A DNA stretch of 64,000 bases, taken from a virus (taxonomy: Duplodnaviria > Caudoviricetes). The stretch lies in the IMG/VR virus record IMGVR_UViG_2841096034_000001; one strand, written 5' to 3'. Shown here one piece after another: positions 18,594-28,130 of this stretch; positions within the stretch are counted from its first letter, which is position 1, and each line of letters starts with the position of its first letter. Position numbers and translations under genes: made by a program. The notes beneath the pieces are model-generated. The model was not told the origin of the DNA. It saw only the letters and a list, made by a program, of their open reading frames with translations, and did not search any database.

Positions 18594-19682
18594 CTAGTTA
18601 AACGTGGACAATATTACCTTGCTACGGACTTCCTCTATTACTTCTTCTGTAGTTTTATTCGACTTGAAGTATACTGACTTAGGTCTCACTCCGATGTTAA
18701 TCGAAAACTCTTGCCATACATTATTTACTTCGACTTGAAACTTAATATATCCTCCTGAAGTTTGCAGGTAAGGTCCGAGAAGATTGTAAAAGGGGGTATG
18801 ACGCAAATCCTTCTCATTCACCTTCAAACCCACATCACCCATTCCAGCGAGTATAATTGCAATAAATGGCGAAGTCAATAGTTCATCACCTAAAATGGAT
18901 TTTGCTTCTTCTAACTTTTGCTGCAGTGTATCAATATCATCGTATTCATAATATTCATCTATTGCCCCGAGAATATTTACTATCGTTTCATTTTCCTTCT
19001 CATTAAAAGTATCAATAAAAGTTTCAGGAAAAGCTTTTGATTCAGTAAACCTTCCATTGTGCAGCTGGTCAGCAATATCTTCAATCTTAGAACCATATGG
19101 TGCCAAAAAATTATATTTGTCCAAAGTAATTTGTTGATTAACATAGGAGGCAACTAAACCAGCTATTTTTAAAGCGTCATCAGGTTTATCACGGACCTCA
19201 ACCAAATTTTTCGTTTCATTAATATAGACTGTAGCCGTTTTTGTCGTAGGCAAAACTTCTATGTCCTCACCAATTATCCGCCTTGTGCCATCTTGATAAA
19301 TGAAACGAAGGTAATAGGAATCTTCATCAATCTCTGCTGCGCTCCTAAGTTTAGGATTTATAAGTTCCTCTTCCTTATAAGGAATTTTTTCATTGAAAGG
19401 ATTGTTTCTCTCACGTTCTATGATACCTTTTTTCAATCCCTCTAGGGAGTCGCAAGTAAACCATGAAACCGAGGTGTTCCCTGCAAAAACTTTATTATAA
19501 TGATTAAATAAAAAATCATGTTTCTCTCCAGAACTTTTTCTTTTCAAGTCACTCCATATATCCTTTGCTAGGTTGAAGGCTCTATCATTTGTATCAATAC
19601 TCATGGCTGTAGCTATTTCTTGTAAGTGCTTTTTTGGCAACTTTACAATATCGGCAAATGTAACGACATCAGCGATCCGCAT
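18594..19682 (-). CDS. Hypothetical moron protein, SAP/HeH-like N-terminus
   Basis: LPKKHLQEIATAMSIDTNDRAFNLAKDI; 3 bp from next ORF; AT-rich. Confidence 0.7.
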   Translation of the reverse strand: MRIADVVTFADIVKLPKKHLQEIATAMSIDTNDRAFNLAKDIWSDLKRKSSGEKHDFLFNHYNKVFAGNTSVSWFTCDSLEGLKKGIIERERNNPFNEKIPYKEEELINPKLRSAAEIDEDSYYLRFIYQDGTRRIIGEDIEVLPTTKTATVYINETKNLVEVRDKPDDALKIAGLVASYVNQQITLDKYNFLAPYGSKIEDIADQLHNGRFTESKAFPETFIDTFNEKENETIVNILGAIDEYYEYDDIDTLQQKLEEAKSILGDELLTSPFIAIILAGMGDVGLKVNEKDLRHTPFYNLLGPYLQTSGGYIKFQVEVNNVWQEFSINIGVRPKSVYFKSNKTTEEVIEEVRSKVILSTFN

Positions 19683-19886
19683 CCCAACTCCCCCTATATA
19701 TATCCAATGCTTCCAGACTAATACATATAAACATTTATGTAAATTTTTTCATAAGTTCCATCCAAATACAACAACAGTCCTGTGGAATTATTAAGCGGTT
19801 TTTACTGTTAGAGCGTAAAACAGACTCGACAAAGCTTTTTACTTTTATGCATCTATACTTCATGCAGTAATTGGAGAAGTATAGAA

Positions 19887-20228
19887 TTAAATTATGTGGA
19901 CATCCATAATATCGTCTACTTGGAATGAAGTATGAAGTTTATCCTGCAGCCCAATGCATTTTATTTTTCTATTCTGTGGATCCAAGTGCACCACTTTCAC
20001 TTTTTCATCAGAGTAATCAAACCCATTATGAAATCGGATCTCTACTGGCAAGTTATCTGTCAACGCTCTCTGGAGTTTGAAACCTATCTCTTCCCATTGC
20101 TGCTCATCCAGAATCGGCTTCTCAATACGCTCATCCTCTTTCCAGACTTGCTTGATCATTTCCACATGCTCCGGCAACATTAAGGATGTCCATTTGAGCG
20201 TACCTCGATCACGGTTGCGGTTATCCAT
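19887..20228 (-). CDS. yolD: YolD-like protein
   Basis: RDRGTLKWTSLMLPEH..KPILDEQQWEEI signature. Confidence 0.9.
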   Translation of the reverse strand: MDNRNRDRGTLKWTSLMLPEHVEMIKQVWKEDERIEKPILDEQQWEEIGFKLQRALTDNLPVEIRFHNGFDYSDEKVKVVHLDPQNRKIKCIGLQDKLHTSFQVDDIMDVHII

Positions 20229-20445
20229 TGACTACACCTTTCCTTTCTTTGTAAGGGTACACAGAAAGAATTCCGTTTTTACTGAACGAACGTACCTGAT
20301 TCCGGTTGTAACAATAAGCGAGAATATGATTTTCACGGACTTCTACAACGCGGATCTTCCGTTGAGTCATGTTTCCTTTTCCATCTACATAGATCATCTC
20401 CAGAATCTTCTTGGTATCAGCAGCACGATTCAATACTCCTATCAT
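20221..20445 (-). CDS. Small WYL-like protein
   Basis: EMIYVDGKGNMTQRKI..AYCYNRNQVRSF. Confidence 0.75.
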   Translation of the reverse strand: MIGVLNRAADTKKILEMIYVDGKGNMTQRKIRVVEVRENHILAYCYNRNQVRSFSKNGILSVYPYKERKGVVNG

Positions 20446-20466
20446 TTATCATCACTCCCTTTTATG

Positions 20467-20480
20467 CGAACGTTTGTTCT
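20467..20480 (-). promoter_or_regulatory. LexA (SOS) box upstream of WYL-like/yolD operon
   Basis: CGAACGTTTGTTCT. Confidence 0.8.
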
Positions 20481-20539
20481 GTTAATATATATGTTATCAC
20501 AACATCATTAGAAGTAAACTGGAAAATGGAGGAGTTAAC

Positions 20540-20752
20540 ATGCAGACCTTTAAGGATTTGGAGCTGGCGATTTTCCAAAATGATCATGCTCAAAAAATAA
20601 AAATGAATGAATTATGGTTGGAACAACAGATGATGATACACCCTGTGCTTGATATGAGTGGGGACCCTGTGATTTTATCCATGAACTTTATGGGAATACC
20701 TGTGGAGTTTAGTGAGGATATAGAGGATTTTGAGTTAGTAGTTGATACATAA
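20540..20752 (+). CDS. Small acidic hypothetical protein
   Basis: SD GGAGGAG; hairpin GGCTCCAGA..TCTGGAGCC downstream. Confidence 0.65.
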   Translation: MQTFKDLELAIFQNDHAQKIKMNELWLEQQMMIHPVLDMSGDPVILSMNFMGIPVEFSEDIEDFELVVDT

Positions 20753-20883
20753 AAAAGGCTCCAGAAATAATCTGGAGCCCTACCACCTATACCTATTCCG
20801 TGCATGTCTCTTACGTCTTTTTCTCTATTTAGATGGCGATACAATTATAACATTAGTTGTAATTATATGGTGGATGTGTTTTA

Positions 20884-21969
20884 TTATTCAATTTCAATTT
20901 CTTTTCCCATAGCATACTCCACTCCTCTTACTACAAGTGCTGCAGCTTCTGCTCGAGTAATTGTTTGGTTAGGATCAAACATCCCGTTACCAACTCCTAC
21001 AGATATACCAGCTGCTTTAGCTTTTGTGATTTCTTTCTGTAAGAGTGAATCCTTTTCTACGTCCTTAAATCCTGTCTCTTTCAAATTTTTCTCCATTTGC
21101 TTTTCATCCTCCTCCGCAGCAGTGTATTTGTCCATAGCTGCGTTTATGTGTTTTTGAGTGTTAGGTCCAAAAATTCCGTCCTCTTTAATCCCTTGCTCCT
21201 TCTGAAATGATTTCACGGCATCCTCGGTAGCTGGTCCATAAGATCCATCAAGCTCACCTTTATAATGACCCAGCTCTTTCAAATCACGTTGAGCCTCCAA
21301 TACTTTAGCGCCAGTATCGCCACGTTTTAGCCAGTTTTTCTCCGTAACATTGGCACCTTTCCAGGCGATATTAAAGTAATCGCAAATGCCTTGGCCATGT
21401 TCAGCAGCAGTTTCTATTTGATATGATTCTTTAATCATCAACAAAGCTTCGCGCCGGTCGTCCATAAAACCGTTTTCCGTCAATACGGCAGGCATGTTCG
21501 TTTCGCGCAACTCATGAAAATTATTCTCTTTATAACCCCGCCAGTCCTGTTTCGTTCCTTGCTTAAGATACTTTGCAATGCTGCGGGCCAGGTCCCCGCT
21601 CATATATTTCATATTTCCTAAATATACATGGGTGCTGATCCCGTCGGCTCTTGAGTAATCAAAATCAAAACTCATAGCGTTAAAATGAATGGATACGTAA
21701 ATATCCGCGTTGTGACGGTTAGCTGCGTTGGTTCTGTCTCTTAGCGAGGTGTCCTGGTCGGTAGGTGCGACTAACAAAACCCTAAATCCATGTGCTAAAA
21801 GTATCTCAGACAAGAAAGCTACCGTTTTCCTGTTGAATTCATTCTCTCGAATGGATCGGCCAAGCTCTGGAATGTAGGGCGTGCGTTTACCAGGGGTGCC
21901 TATACCATGCCCGTCACTCAATGCTACGGTTTTACCATTCCATATTTCTGGATATAACATTTTAGCCAT
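20884..21969 (-). CDS. Endolysin: Amidase_3 + PG_binding_1 + SLH domain
   Basis: DGHG..RENEFN..SIHFNA..LTENGFM; LKRGDTG..DGSYGPAT..DGIFGP; GFKDV..FDPNQTITRAEAA. Confidence 0.92.
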   Translation of the reverse strand: MAKMLYPEIWNGKTVALSDGHGIGTPGKRTPYIPELGRSIRENEFNRKTVAFLSEILLAHGFRVLLVAPTDQDTSLRDRTNAANRHNADIYVSIHFNAMSFDFDYSRADGISTHVYLGNMKYMSGDLARSIAKYLKQGTKQDWRGYKENNFHELRETNMPAVLTENGFMDDRREALLMIKESYQIETAAEHGQGICDYFNIAWKGANVTEKNWLKRGDTGAKVLEAQRDLKELGHYKGELDGSYGPATEDAVKSFQKEQGIKEDGIFGPNTQKHINAAMDKYTAAEEDEKQMEKNLKETGFKDVEKDSLLQKEITKAKAAGISVGVGNGMFDPNQTITRAEAAALVVRGVEYAMGKEIEIE

Positions 21970-22215
21970 TTACTTCAGCCCCTTTTTTTGAAGTTCCCTT
22001 TTCTGCTTCTTGGCTTTCTTACTGACGTAAGTGTTTTTCCAAACCGAATAAACCCCCACCACTAACATCCCAAAAGCGATAATGACCGTCACAAATGCAC
22101 TAATACTAGCTTCCGTAAGCCACTCATATCTGATATTAAGAGTGGCCAAAAATGCCATGACAGCTGTCAAAAAACCACCTACAAGTGTTGCTACATCTTT
22201 GATTTGCTCTTTCAT
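21970..22215 (-). CDS. Holin (SPP1-like)
   Basis: Two TM helices, WKNTYVSKKAKKQK tail; adjacent to endolysin. Confidence 0.85.
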   Translation of the reverse strand: MKEQIKDVATLVGGFLTAVMAFLATLNIRYEWLTEASISAFVTVIIAFGMLVVGVYSVWKNTYVSKKAKKQKRELQKKGLK

Positions 22216-22217
22216 TT

Positions 22218-22562
22218 TTAGCCTCCTATACTAATAAACCGAGATAAAAAACCCATCACTGCAATAACCACCGCCACCCAAGCGGGAAGGTTTCGCTGCC
22301 AATTGTCTTTCTGTTTGATGATTCGTTCTACATCGTCTCTGTCAGCCTTTTTCTCCATCTTTTCGTCCCATTCTTTAATGTCTTTTTTATTCTGCTTGGA
22401 GACTCTATCAGCTTCATTAGCTACTACTTGTGTTTCTTCTACTTTCCTTTTCATATCCAGCACGTTGTCCAACTTTTGGTTTTGTTGAGCAAGCGACACT
22501 TTTACATCCATGAGAATAGTCATGAATTTCTCCATGTCCTCCACTTCCTTTTGCTCTGACAT
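22218..22562 (-). CDS. XhlA-like lysis membrane protein
   Basis: Coiled coil plus C-terminal TM; start ATG 22562 with SD. Confidence 0.65.
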   Translation of the reverse strand: MSEQKEVEDMEKFMTILMDVKVSLAQQNQKLDNVLDMKRKVEETQVVANEADRVSKQNKKDIKEWDEKMEKKADRDDVERIIKQKDNWQRNLPAWVAVVIAVMGFLSRFISIGG

Positions 22563-22662
22563 GCTCGACCCCCTCAATGCAACCTTTAAATTCGAAGAGG
22601 TATAGCACCTCTCCCTTGGCAAATAAAAAGTGGCTCACCTTATTGGCGGGCCACTTTATTGT

Positions 22663-22758
22663 TTATTTCTTACCTTTTTTATTCCCTTTGGCATATTTCC
22701 CTTTATGACCGTTCCGTTGGTTCGCTTGCTTGGTTTTGGATTGACCTTGCTTACCCAT
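22663..22758 (-). CDS. 31-aa highly basic peptide
   Basis: SD AAGGGGGTG; MGKQGQSKTKQANQRNGHKGKYAKGNKKGKK; terminator AAAGTGGC..GCCACTTT follows. Confidence 0.5.
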   Translation of the reverse strand: MGKQGQSKTKQANQRNGHKGKYAKGNKKGKK

Positions 22759-22806
22759 GAGCTCACCCCCTTCATTTTTTCCATAAAAAATACACCTCCA
22801 TGAGTG

Positions 22807-22944
22807 TTATGCGATTGCGTATTCTTCTCCAGTAATATCCTGGTACTGCTCCTCTGTAAGCCACTCATACTCAACAAAATCGCCTACATCCGACTTGTCG
22901 TACAAACCCATCTGGTAATAAGTCCTAATTGCATTGAAATACAT
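22807..22944 (-). CDS. xkdX: XkdX-family protein
   Basis: Manual: MYFNAIRTYYQMGLYDKSDVGDFVEYEWLTEEQYQDITGEEYAIA with SD AGGAGG. Confidence 0.85.
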   Translation of the reverse strand: MYFNAIRTYYQMGLYDKSDVGDFVEYEWLTEEQYQDITGEEYAIA

Positions 22945-22959
22945 AAAGTCCCTCCTATA

Positions 22960-23328
22960 TTAATTAATTCCATTGCGAGCAAGCTTTAAAAGCAAATCGG
23001 AGTTTAGTGCTTTTGCATCTTTTAGCTGCTGGCCTTGTTCAGCCATAGTCTTCAGATGCATTGCATTCATTTGAAGTACTCCTTGCACATCCATCTCCAA
23101 CTTTTCTTTGTCCGCTTTCAGCTGTTCGAATTCCTTTAACTGAATCGCTGGGCGATCAGGTAAAAACTTTTCTGTTGACCAGGTTTTTGTTGTAGGATCA
23201 TACTGCTTCCAGACGTATTCTGAATCCATGCTTTCGATTTCTACGGCGTTAGGATCGTTCATAGCATCCCTTGTCATTTTCACGCCCGTACAGATATTGT
23301 CCCCGTTTAATTCTGCATAGAATTTCAT
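22960..23328 (-). CDS. Probable tail fibre assembly chaperone
   Basis: Position after fibre, coiled-coil C-terminus, before xkdX. Confidence 0.6.
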   Translation of the reverse strand: MKFYAELNGDNICTGVKMTRDAMNDPNAVEIESMDSEYVWKQYDPTTKTWSTEKFLPDRPAIQLKEFEQLKADKEKLEMDVQGVLQMNAMHLKTMAEQGQQLKDAKALNSDLLLKLARNGIN

Positions 23329-23345
23329 GCTATCCCTCCTTTATT

Positions 23346-25685
23346 TTATGGAAACTCGACGACGAACCATTGAATGAAGTAGCGCTGACCTGAATCGCCC
23401 CTGCGTACATTTAATGTAGTAGCGTCTGTAAGTTCCAGGGCCCACTCGACGTCCGCCCCGTCCAATCCAGACGAATAAAGGCTTTCACTGTAAAAGACCG
23501 CGGCCTTATTCATGTCTACCGCAGAAATAGTAACGTTTAAAGCGCTTAACGTCGTATCAATATATCCGCTTTGTACGTTCACACCATCCTGGAATTCGAT
23601 GACTTCCCAGGAAAAGTACCTTTGGGTATTGTAGTTATTCGCTGATGATAACTCAATTTCGCTTGAGGTATTAAATTTGGCTAATACCTTAGTTTTTTGG
23701 ATCGTCGCTGTGGATGCATCGCTTGTATGAAAACCCTTTGGCAAGACAATCGATTTACTTAAGTCCACAGGGCTTATAGTTACAATACGGGAATAACCAG
23801 ACCCTGAATTATTTCCACGCTGCACGCTCTTGATCGCGCTTGTCGTGATTCCGTTTACCCCGTCCGTCAGTTCCTGGAAGGTCGGTATTCCGTCACTGTC
23901 AGCGTCCGCGACTGTTCCACCTTTGCCAATAACGGCGTCGCGGACCTGTTGTTTCCCGTTACTGACAGATTGCTTTAAATCGACGCCATCCACAGTTACA
24001 GAAGCGAAGGAAACGTCGGCGCCTTGATTCGCGATCTCCGCCCAAGGACGCCACCCATTATTATCACTAAATCGATGGAATATTTTATTTGTCGTCACGT
24101 CCATGAATAGCTGCTTTTTATAAGCAGAAGTATATACCTGCTGTATAAGGTACCCATTTGATCCCGAAGGCGATCCGTTTAAATTGCCATTTGAAAGGTA
24201 ATAGAATCCCGCCCCGTTTGGTACGTTATCGACATGGTAGTCGATCCGCTTTGCCTGGGTACCTAAACCATATGATTCTGCCCAGTCTTGCACAGCATTG
24301 GCTTTCGCCTGGGCGCCTGCGGTTGTTTCCTGTTCTTTCCACGGTTCCCAAACATCTGACGCCTTTGTTCTAGTATAAACCCTGTTCATTCCAGAAGTAG
24401 GATAAACCCCGATAGCCACCTGAGAAGCAGCCGTTTTTGATACTTTTATATGAATTATGGAATAGGTGTCTGTCGTAGGCGCGTTTACTAGGTCAAAACC
24501 GTCGTAAAATCCTGTATTATCAAGAGTGTCTACATCCGTTTGCTGTGCCAGCTGCTTCGTATCAGACCCTAATCCAAAACTTTTCGCCCAGTCTTGCACA
24601 GCATCGGCTTTCGCCTGGGCGCCTGCCGTTGTTTCAATCGTCTTTTTATCCCAGGTTATCGGGTCCCCCGCGGTCATTGTAGCGTTGGTACTTTCCCATA
24701 CTTGAGAACCACTATGATGCCCTGTTTTTATAACAGTCGCCTTTACATTACTACGCTCGAAGGTCCATTCCCCAGTATCTTCGTCATGTTTAGCGTTATG
24801 CGCTATATAGGTCCCGTAATCTAGCGTAGTACCGTCACCCTGGTACTTCATCCATCCCAGCGCGCCGTAGACCCCTATGCGACCATGCCAGATACGGGCG
24901 TCTGTTTCTAAGTCACCTGTCATTTTGTCGCCTGACTTATGGACGACTTCGCTGTCGACGGCGATCTTTGCCCACTCGTTCCAAGTGCCATTAACTTTTG
25001 TTCTCATATAGTTGTCTTGATTATGAAGGTCAATGTAAATCTGACTCGCATAATCCATTCCAGGATGATGCTGATGGATAAGATAACCTGCGGCTGTCGG
25101 TTGATTTGTTGCGTCAGTTCCTATATAGAAAAACCCGTTGGTAGTGACATTGTCTAAATTTCCCGTAAAGCGTGAAGGTGTGCCTAGACCCATGCTTTTC
25201 GCCCAGTCTTTGACTTCTGTCGCTTTCGTTTGTGCGCCTTCGGTTGTTTCCATTTGAACCCATGAGGACCATACCCCATTAGAACATATCCTCTTATACA
25301 TATTACCTACCGTACTTCCGCCCGAAGGGAAATAAACCTGTATTATATATGCGGTATCTATAGAAGTAACAATACAGAATCCGTTTGTATCGCCAGGTCG
25401 ATTAAGTGCTGCTGTTTGTCCATAGTAAAAACCCGACTTATAAAGATTGTTAAAATCACCTGAATATAGGTTTGCTGTTGTACCTAGCCCGAAGCTTTCA
25501 GCGTAATCTATCGCCGCTTGTTCGGCGTCATTCGCCTTCGTTTGGGCACCGTCTTTCGTTTCAACTGTTTGATCAATCTTTTCCCAGTTCTCATTCAACA
25601 TTGTGGTAACATTAAAATACATTTCATCTTTGGGATCTTCACTTGTTACCATGTAGAGGTCAAGGTTATTTGTATTATTCGGCAC
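23346..25685 (-). CDS. Tail fibre with repeated knob modules
   Basis: N-terminal MLNENWEKID anchor; repeated ETTxGAQxKA..WAxSxGLG linker plus GFY..W..W knob domains. Confidence 0.85.
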   Translation of the reverse strand: MPNNTNNLDLYMVTSEDPKDEMYFNVTTMLNENWEKIDQTVETKDGAQTKANDAEQAAIDYAESFGLGTTANLYSGDFNNLYKSGFYYGQTAALNRPGDTNGFCIVTSIDTAYIIQVYFPSGGSTVGNMYKRICSNGVWSSWVQMETTEGAQTKATEVKDWAKSMGLGTPSRFTGNLDNVTTNGFFYIGTDATNQPTAAGYLIHQHHPGMDYASQIYIDLHNQDNYMRTKVNGTWNEWAKIAVDSEVVHKSGDKMTGDLETDARIWHGRIGVYGALGWMKYQGDGTTLDYGTYIAHNAKHDEDTGEWTFERSNVKATVIKTGHHSGSQVWESTNATMTAGDPITWDKKTIETTAGAQAKADAVQDWAKSFGLGSDTKQLAQQTDVDTLDNTGFYDGFDLVNAPTTDTYSIIHIKVSKTAASQVAIGVYPTSGMNRVYTRTKASDVWEPWKEQETTAGAQAKANAVQDWAESYGLGTQAKRIDYHVDNVPNGAGFYYLSNGNLNGSPSGSNGYLIQQVYTSAYKKQLFMDVTTNKIFHRFSDNNGWRPWAEIANQGADVSFASVTVDGVDLKQSVSNGKQQVRDAVIGKGGTVADADSDGIPTFQELTDGVNGITTSAIKSVQRGNNSGSGYSRIVTISPVDLSKSIVLPKGFHTSDASTATIQKTKVLAKFNTSSEIELSSANNYNTQRYFSWEVIEFQDGVNVQSGYIDTTLSALNVTISAVDMNKAAVFYSESLYSSGLDGADVEWALELTDATTLNVRRGDSGQRYFIQWFVVEFP

Positions 25686-25697
25686 CTGACATCCCTC

Positions 25698-26249
25698 CTA
25701 AAAAGAAAAAGCATCCAATGTGGATGCTTCCATTTCATTTATTGTTAATTTCTCAACTTCATCAATAAAGTAATACCTGAATTCAAATTCAAACGGCAAG
25801 TGAGCTGGTATTATTCGCAATACACTTTCTCTTACATCATCCAAGTTTGAAGGCACCCCATAAAAACTGGTAAAAGCAACGATGATTATTCCATTTTCAA
25901 ACCTAGTCTCTACTTGACCGTTTGTATATGCATCAACCACTCTTTTGAGCAGAATATTATGGGATGCATCGCCTTTACGCATTTTTGCTTTAACTACTGA
26001 TCTTCTTTCTTCTAGGGAGTTTTTATAAGACGCATTTACCCCATACTCCTTCTCCCACCACTCGATGGTCCATGTTGCCGTATTAATAGAAAACTGTAAT
26101 AATATTTCATCTAAGATATCTTGGATCTTACCTAATTCATCTCCCCTTATGTCCATTAGCATTCTCATGATATCAGAACGTTCATAAAGGTCTGGTAAGC
26201 TATTAAACAACCTTTCTCCTACAGGAATCGACTCGTCTACAAATATCAT
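25698..26249 (-). CDS. XkdU/YmfQ-like baseplate protein
   Basis: TATWTIEWWEKEYG..LEERRSVVKAK..IIPAHL. Confidence 0.85.
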   Translation of the reverse strand: MIFVDESIPVGERLFNSLPDLYERSDIMRMLMDIRGDELGKIQDILDEILLQFSINTATWTIEWWEKEYGVNASYKNSLEERRSVVKAKMRKGDASHNILLKRVVDAYTNGQVETRFENGIIIVAFTSFYGVPSNLDDVRESVLRIIPAHLPFEFEFRYYFIDEVEKLTINEMEASTLDAFSF

Positions 26250-27358
26250 GTGTAACTGACACTCCCTAATGAAGCCGAATCTGTTCTGGATAATGTTATA
26301 TTTTCTAAGCTCCCGTTTAAGGTTATATCTCCAAAATCGAGCACGCCTTCAGCTTGAATTATAGCTGCAGCGACACCTTTAACTCTAATAACAGCTCCCG
26401 GATCAAGCTGATTAAAATGTTGATCCAGTGCTTCCTCTACATTCCCTTTAACTTGACTTAGGGAATAATTATCTGTTGGTTGTAATGCTGGAATATTAAC
26501 ATCAACTACGAATGGATCGACAGTAACTACAGTGACTATAGCTCCTATAGGTGCTTCACCCAAGCCTGCCCCATCTTGAGTAGGGTCAATATGGGTTTGA
26601 ACTTCTTGTACTACCTCTGGTGATGCAGGGTTATTGTTACGGTCAAAGATAATTAATCGGACGGTATTAGCCCCGTCCCATAATGAATCAACTAACACGG
26701 TTCCTACACTTGCAATTTGCTGAGCCCATGTTACATAGTCGCTGATATTACCTGCGCCGTCCGCTTTTTGATTATCTTCAAGAATTCTTTTTCTTAAAGA
26801 CTCATCACTTTCAATGTCAAACCCTCCAGAAGTACCTGTTGAGTTTTGAACAGCAGTTACTCCATCAAGGTTTGTAACCAGGATACTTATGGAGTAAGGT
26901 TTTACGTTACCACTTCTCCCTGCATTAACCGCCTGTATCCCTATGTTAACTTCACCATCAGTATCTATTGAGAGCTCTTCTGTAGTCTCGAATTCAATAG
27001 AAGGTGTAATATTGTCAGCCGGCGTTGCTACTCTAGTTCCTGCTGGGATTATAGTGCCGGGTTCTCCTGAGAGTTTAGTTTCTCCGGTCGCTTTCACTGC
27101 GTCTTGTCTGGTCAATCCACGCTCAGAAGCTTTATGATCTAAATAAACACCAAAAGTTGTAGAAACAAACCCTCTTTGTAAGACCTGTCTGCACCACTCA
27201 GCCGTTTTAGCAAGCTCAGGCGATAATGGAGCCATGGTGTCCCATATAAAGGTACCTTCTGATTTATCTAAATCGTTCCCCATAGCATCGAGCATTCTTT
27301 GGAGAATTTCTTCTTCTGATTCTTCTTCTAAAAAAGATGGTAAAGGCAACTCATTCAT
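26246..27358 (-). CDS. xkdT: Baseplate J-like protein
   Basis: DKSEGTFIWD, YLDHKASERGLTR, GGFDIESDESLR. Confidence 0.92.
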   Translation of the reverse strand: MNELPLPSFLEEESEEEILQRMLDAMGNDLDKSEGTFIWDTMAPLSPELAKTAEWCRQVLQRGFVSTTFGVYLDHKASERGLTRQDAVKATGETKLSGEPGTIIPAGTRVATPADNITPSIEFETTEELSIDTDGEVNIGIQAVNAGRSGNVKPYSISILVTNLDGVTAVQNSTGTSGGFDIESDESLRKRILEDNQKADGAGNISDYVTWAQQIASVGTVLVDSLWDGANTVRLIIFDRNNNPASPEVVQEVQTHIDPTQDGAGLGEAPIGAIVTVVTVDPFVVDVNIPALQPTDNYSLSQVKGNVEEALDQHFNQLDPGAVIRVKGVAAAIIQAEGVLDFGDITLNGSLENITLSRTDSASLGSVSYT

Positions 27359-27819
27359 GATGAAAAGTTCACCTCCCCGTTTACTGTGCCTGATACGTTT
27401 CGAATACTTTGCACCTCAAAATCAAACGAAACTTTATCTTTTTCCCAACCAAAGTTGAAATTTCGAACATTCGCTGTTCTGGGATCAACTTCCAAACATT
27501 CAGTAGTCATACGTTTTATTTCACTCTCGATAGCTTCTTTGGTTAATCCTCTTCCTAATACATCATTAAACTCCTGGCCAAAGTCCTCAGAATAAATCAA
27601 ACTACTATACCTTCGGGTTCTGACTGCTTTCTTGCACCACTCAATCCAAGAGTCTTCTCCATCCACTTGAACAAATTTACCTGTGGGGGAAATCGAAAAC
27701 TCACCTGTTTCATAATCAAATACAACACTTCTACCAAACCTAATGACATTACCAGGTTCTCCTGAAGTAATATTAGTTTCTGCCTGTTGGTACGCTTTCT
27801 CAGGAAAGAGTTTGCTCAT
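27355..27819 (-). CDS. xkdS: XkdS/DUF2634 baseplate wedge protein
   Basis: FDYETGEF..WCKKAVRTRRY..IYSEDFG. Confidence 0.85.
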   Translation of the reverse strand: MSKLFPEKAYQQAETNITSGEPGNVIRFGRSVVFDYETGEFSISPTGKFVQVDGEDSWIEWCKKAVRTRRYSSLIYSEDFGQEFNDVLGRGLTKEAIESEIKRMTTECLEVDPRTANVRNFNFGWEKDKVSFDFEVQSIRNVSGTVNGEVNFSS

Positions 27820-28130
27820 CTTGCCACCACCTTGCTGATGATTACATGATCTTGGCCACCATTAACCAACAGAACTACCACACGGTCTCCCTTGGATAAA
27901 CTACTGGATTGAGATAGTTGTTCGGCAAGAAGATAGTCAGAGATGGGTTCTTTAAAATTGTCTAACTTTAAATCGAGACGCTCGTTCATTGTCCCCAACT
28001 CACCTCCAAGCCCTTGCATGGTTCTTGAAGCGTGTTGTCGATTGCTATTATATAAGTCTTTAGCTACTTCTTTAAAAGGATCCCTGGTCATAATATTTCC
28101 TCCTGATATGATCAAGTGAGCCCATTTCAA
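27816..28130 (-). CDS. XkdR-like spike protein
   Basis: LSKGDRVVVL motif; position between xkdQ and xkdS. Confidence 0.7.
   Translation of the reverse strand: MKWAHLIISGGNIMTRDPFKEVAKDLYNSNRQHASRTMQGLGGELGTMNERLDLKLDNFKEPISDYLLAEQLSQSSSLSKGDRVVVLLVNGGQDHVIISKVVAR

Noticed and set aside
23346-25685. Diversity-generating retroelement or invertible shufflon acting on the tail fibre
   Set aside because: Repeats are short, direct and in-frame; no reverse transcriptase, invertase or adenine-biased TR/VR pair is visible in the window
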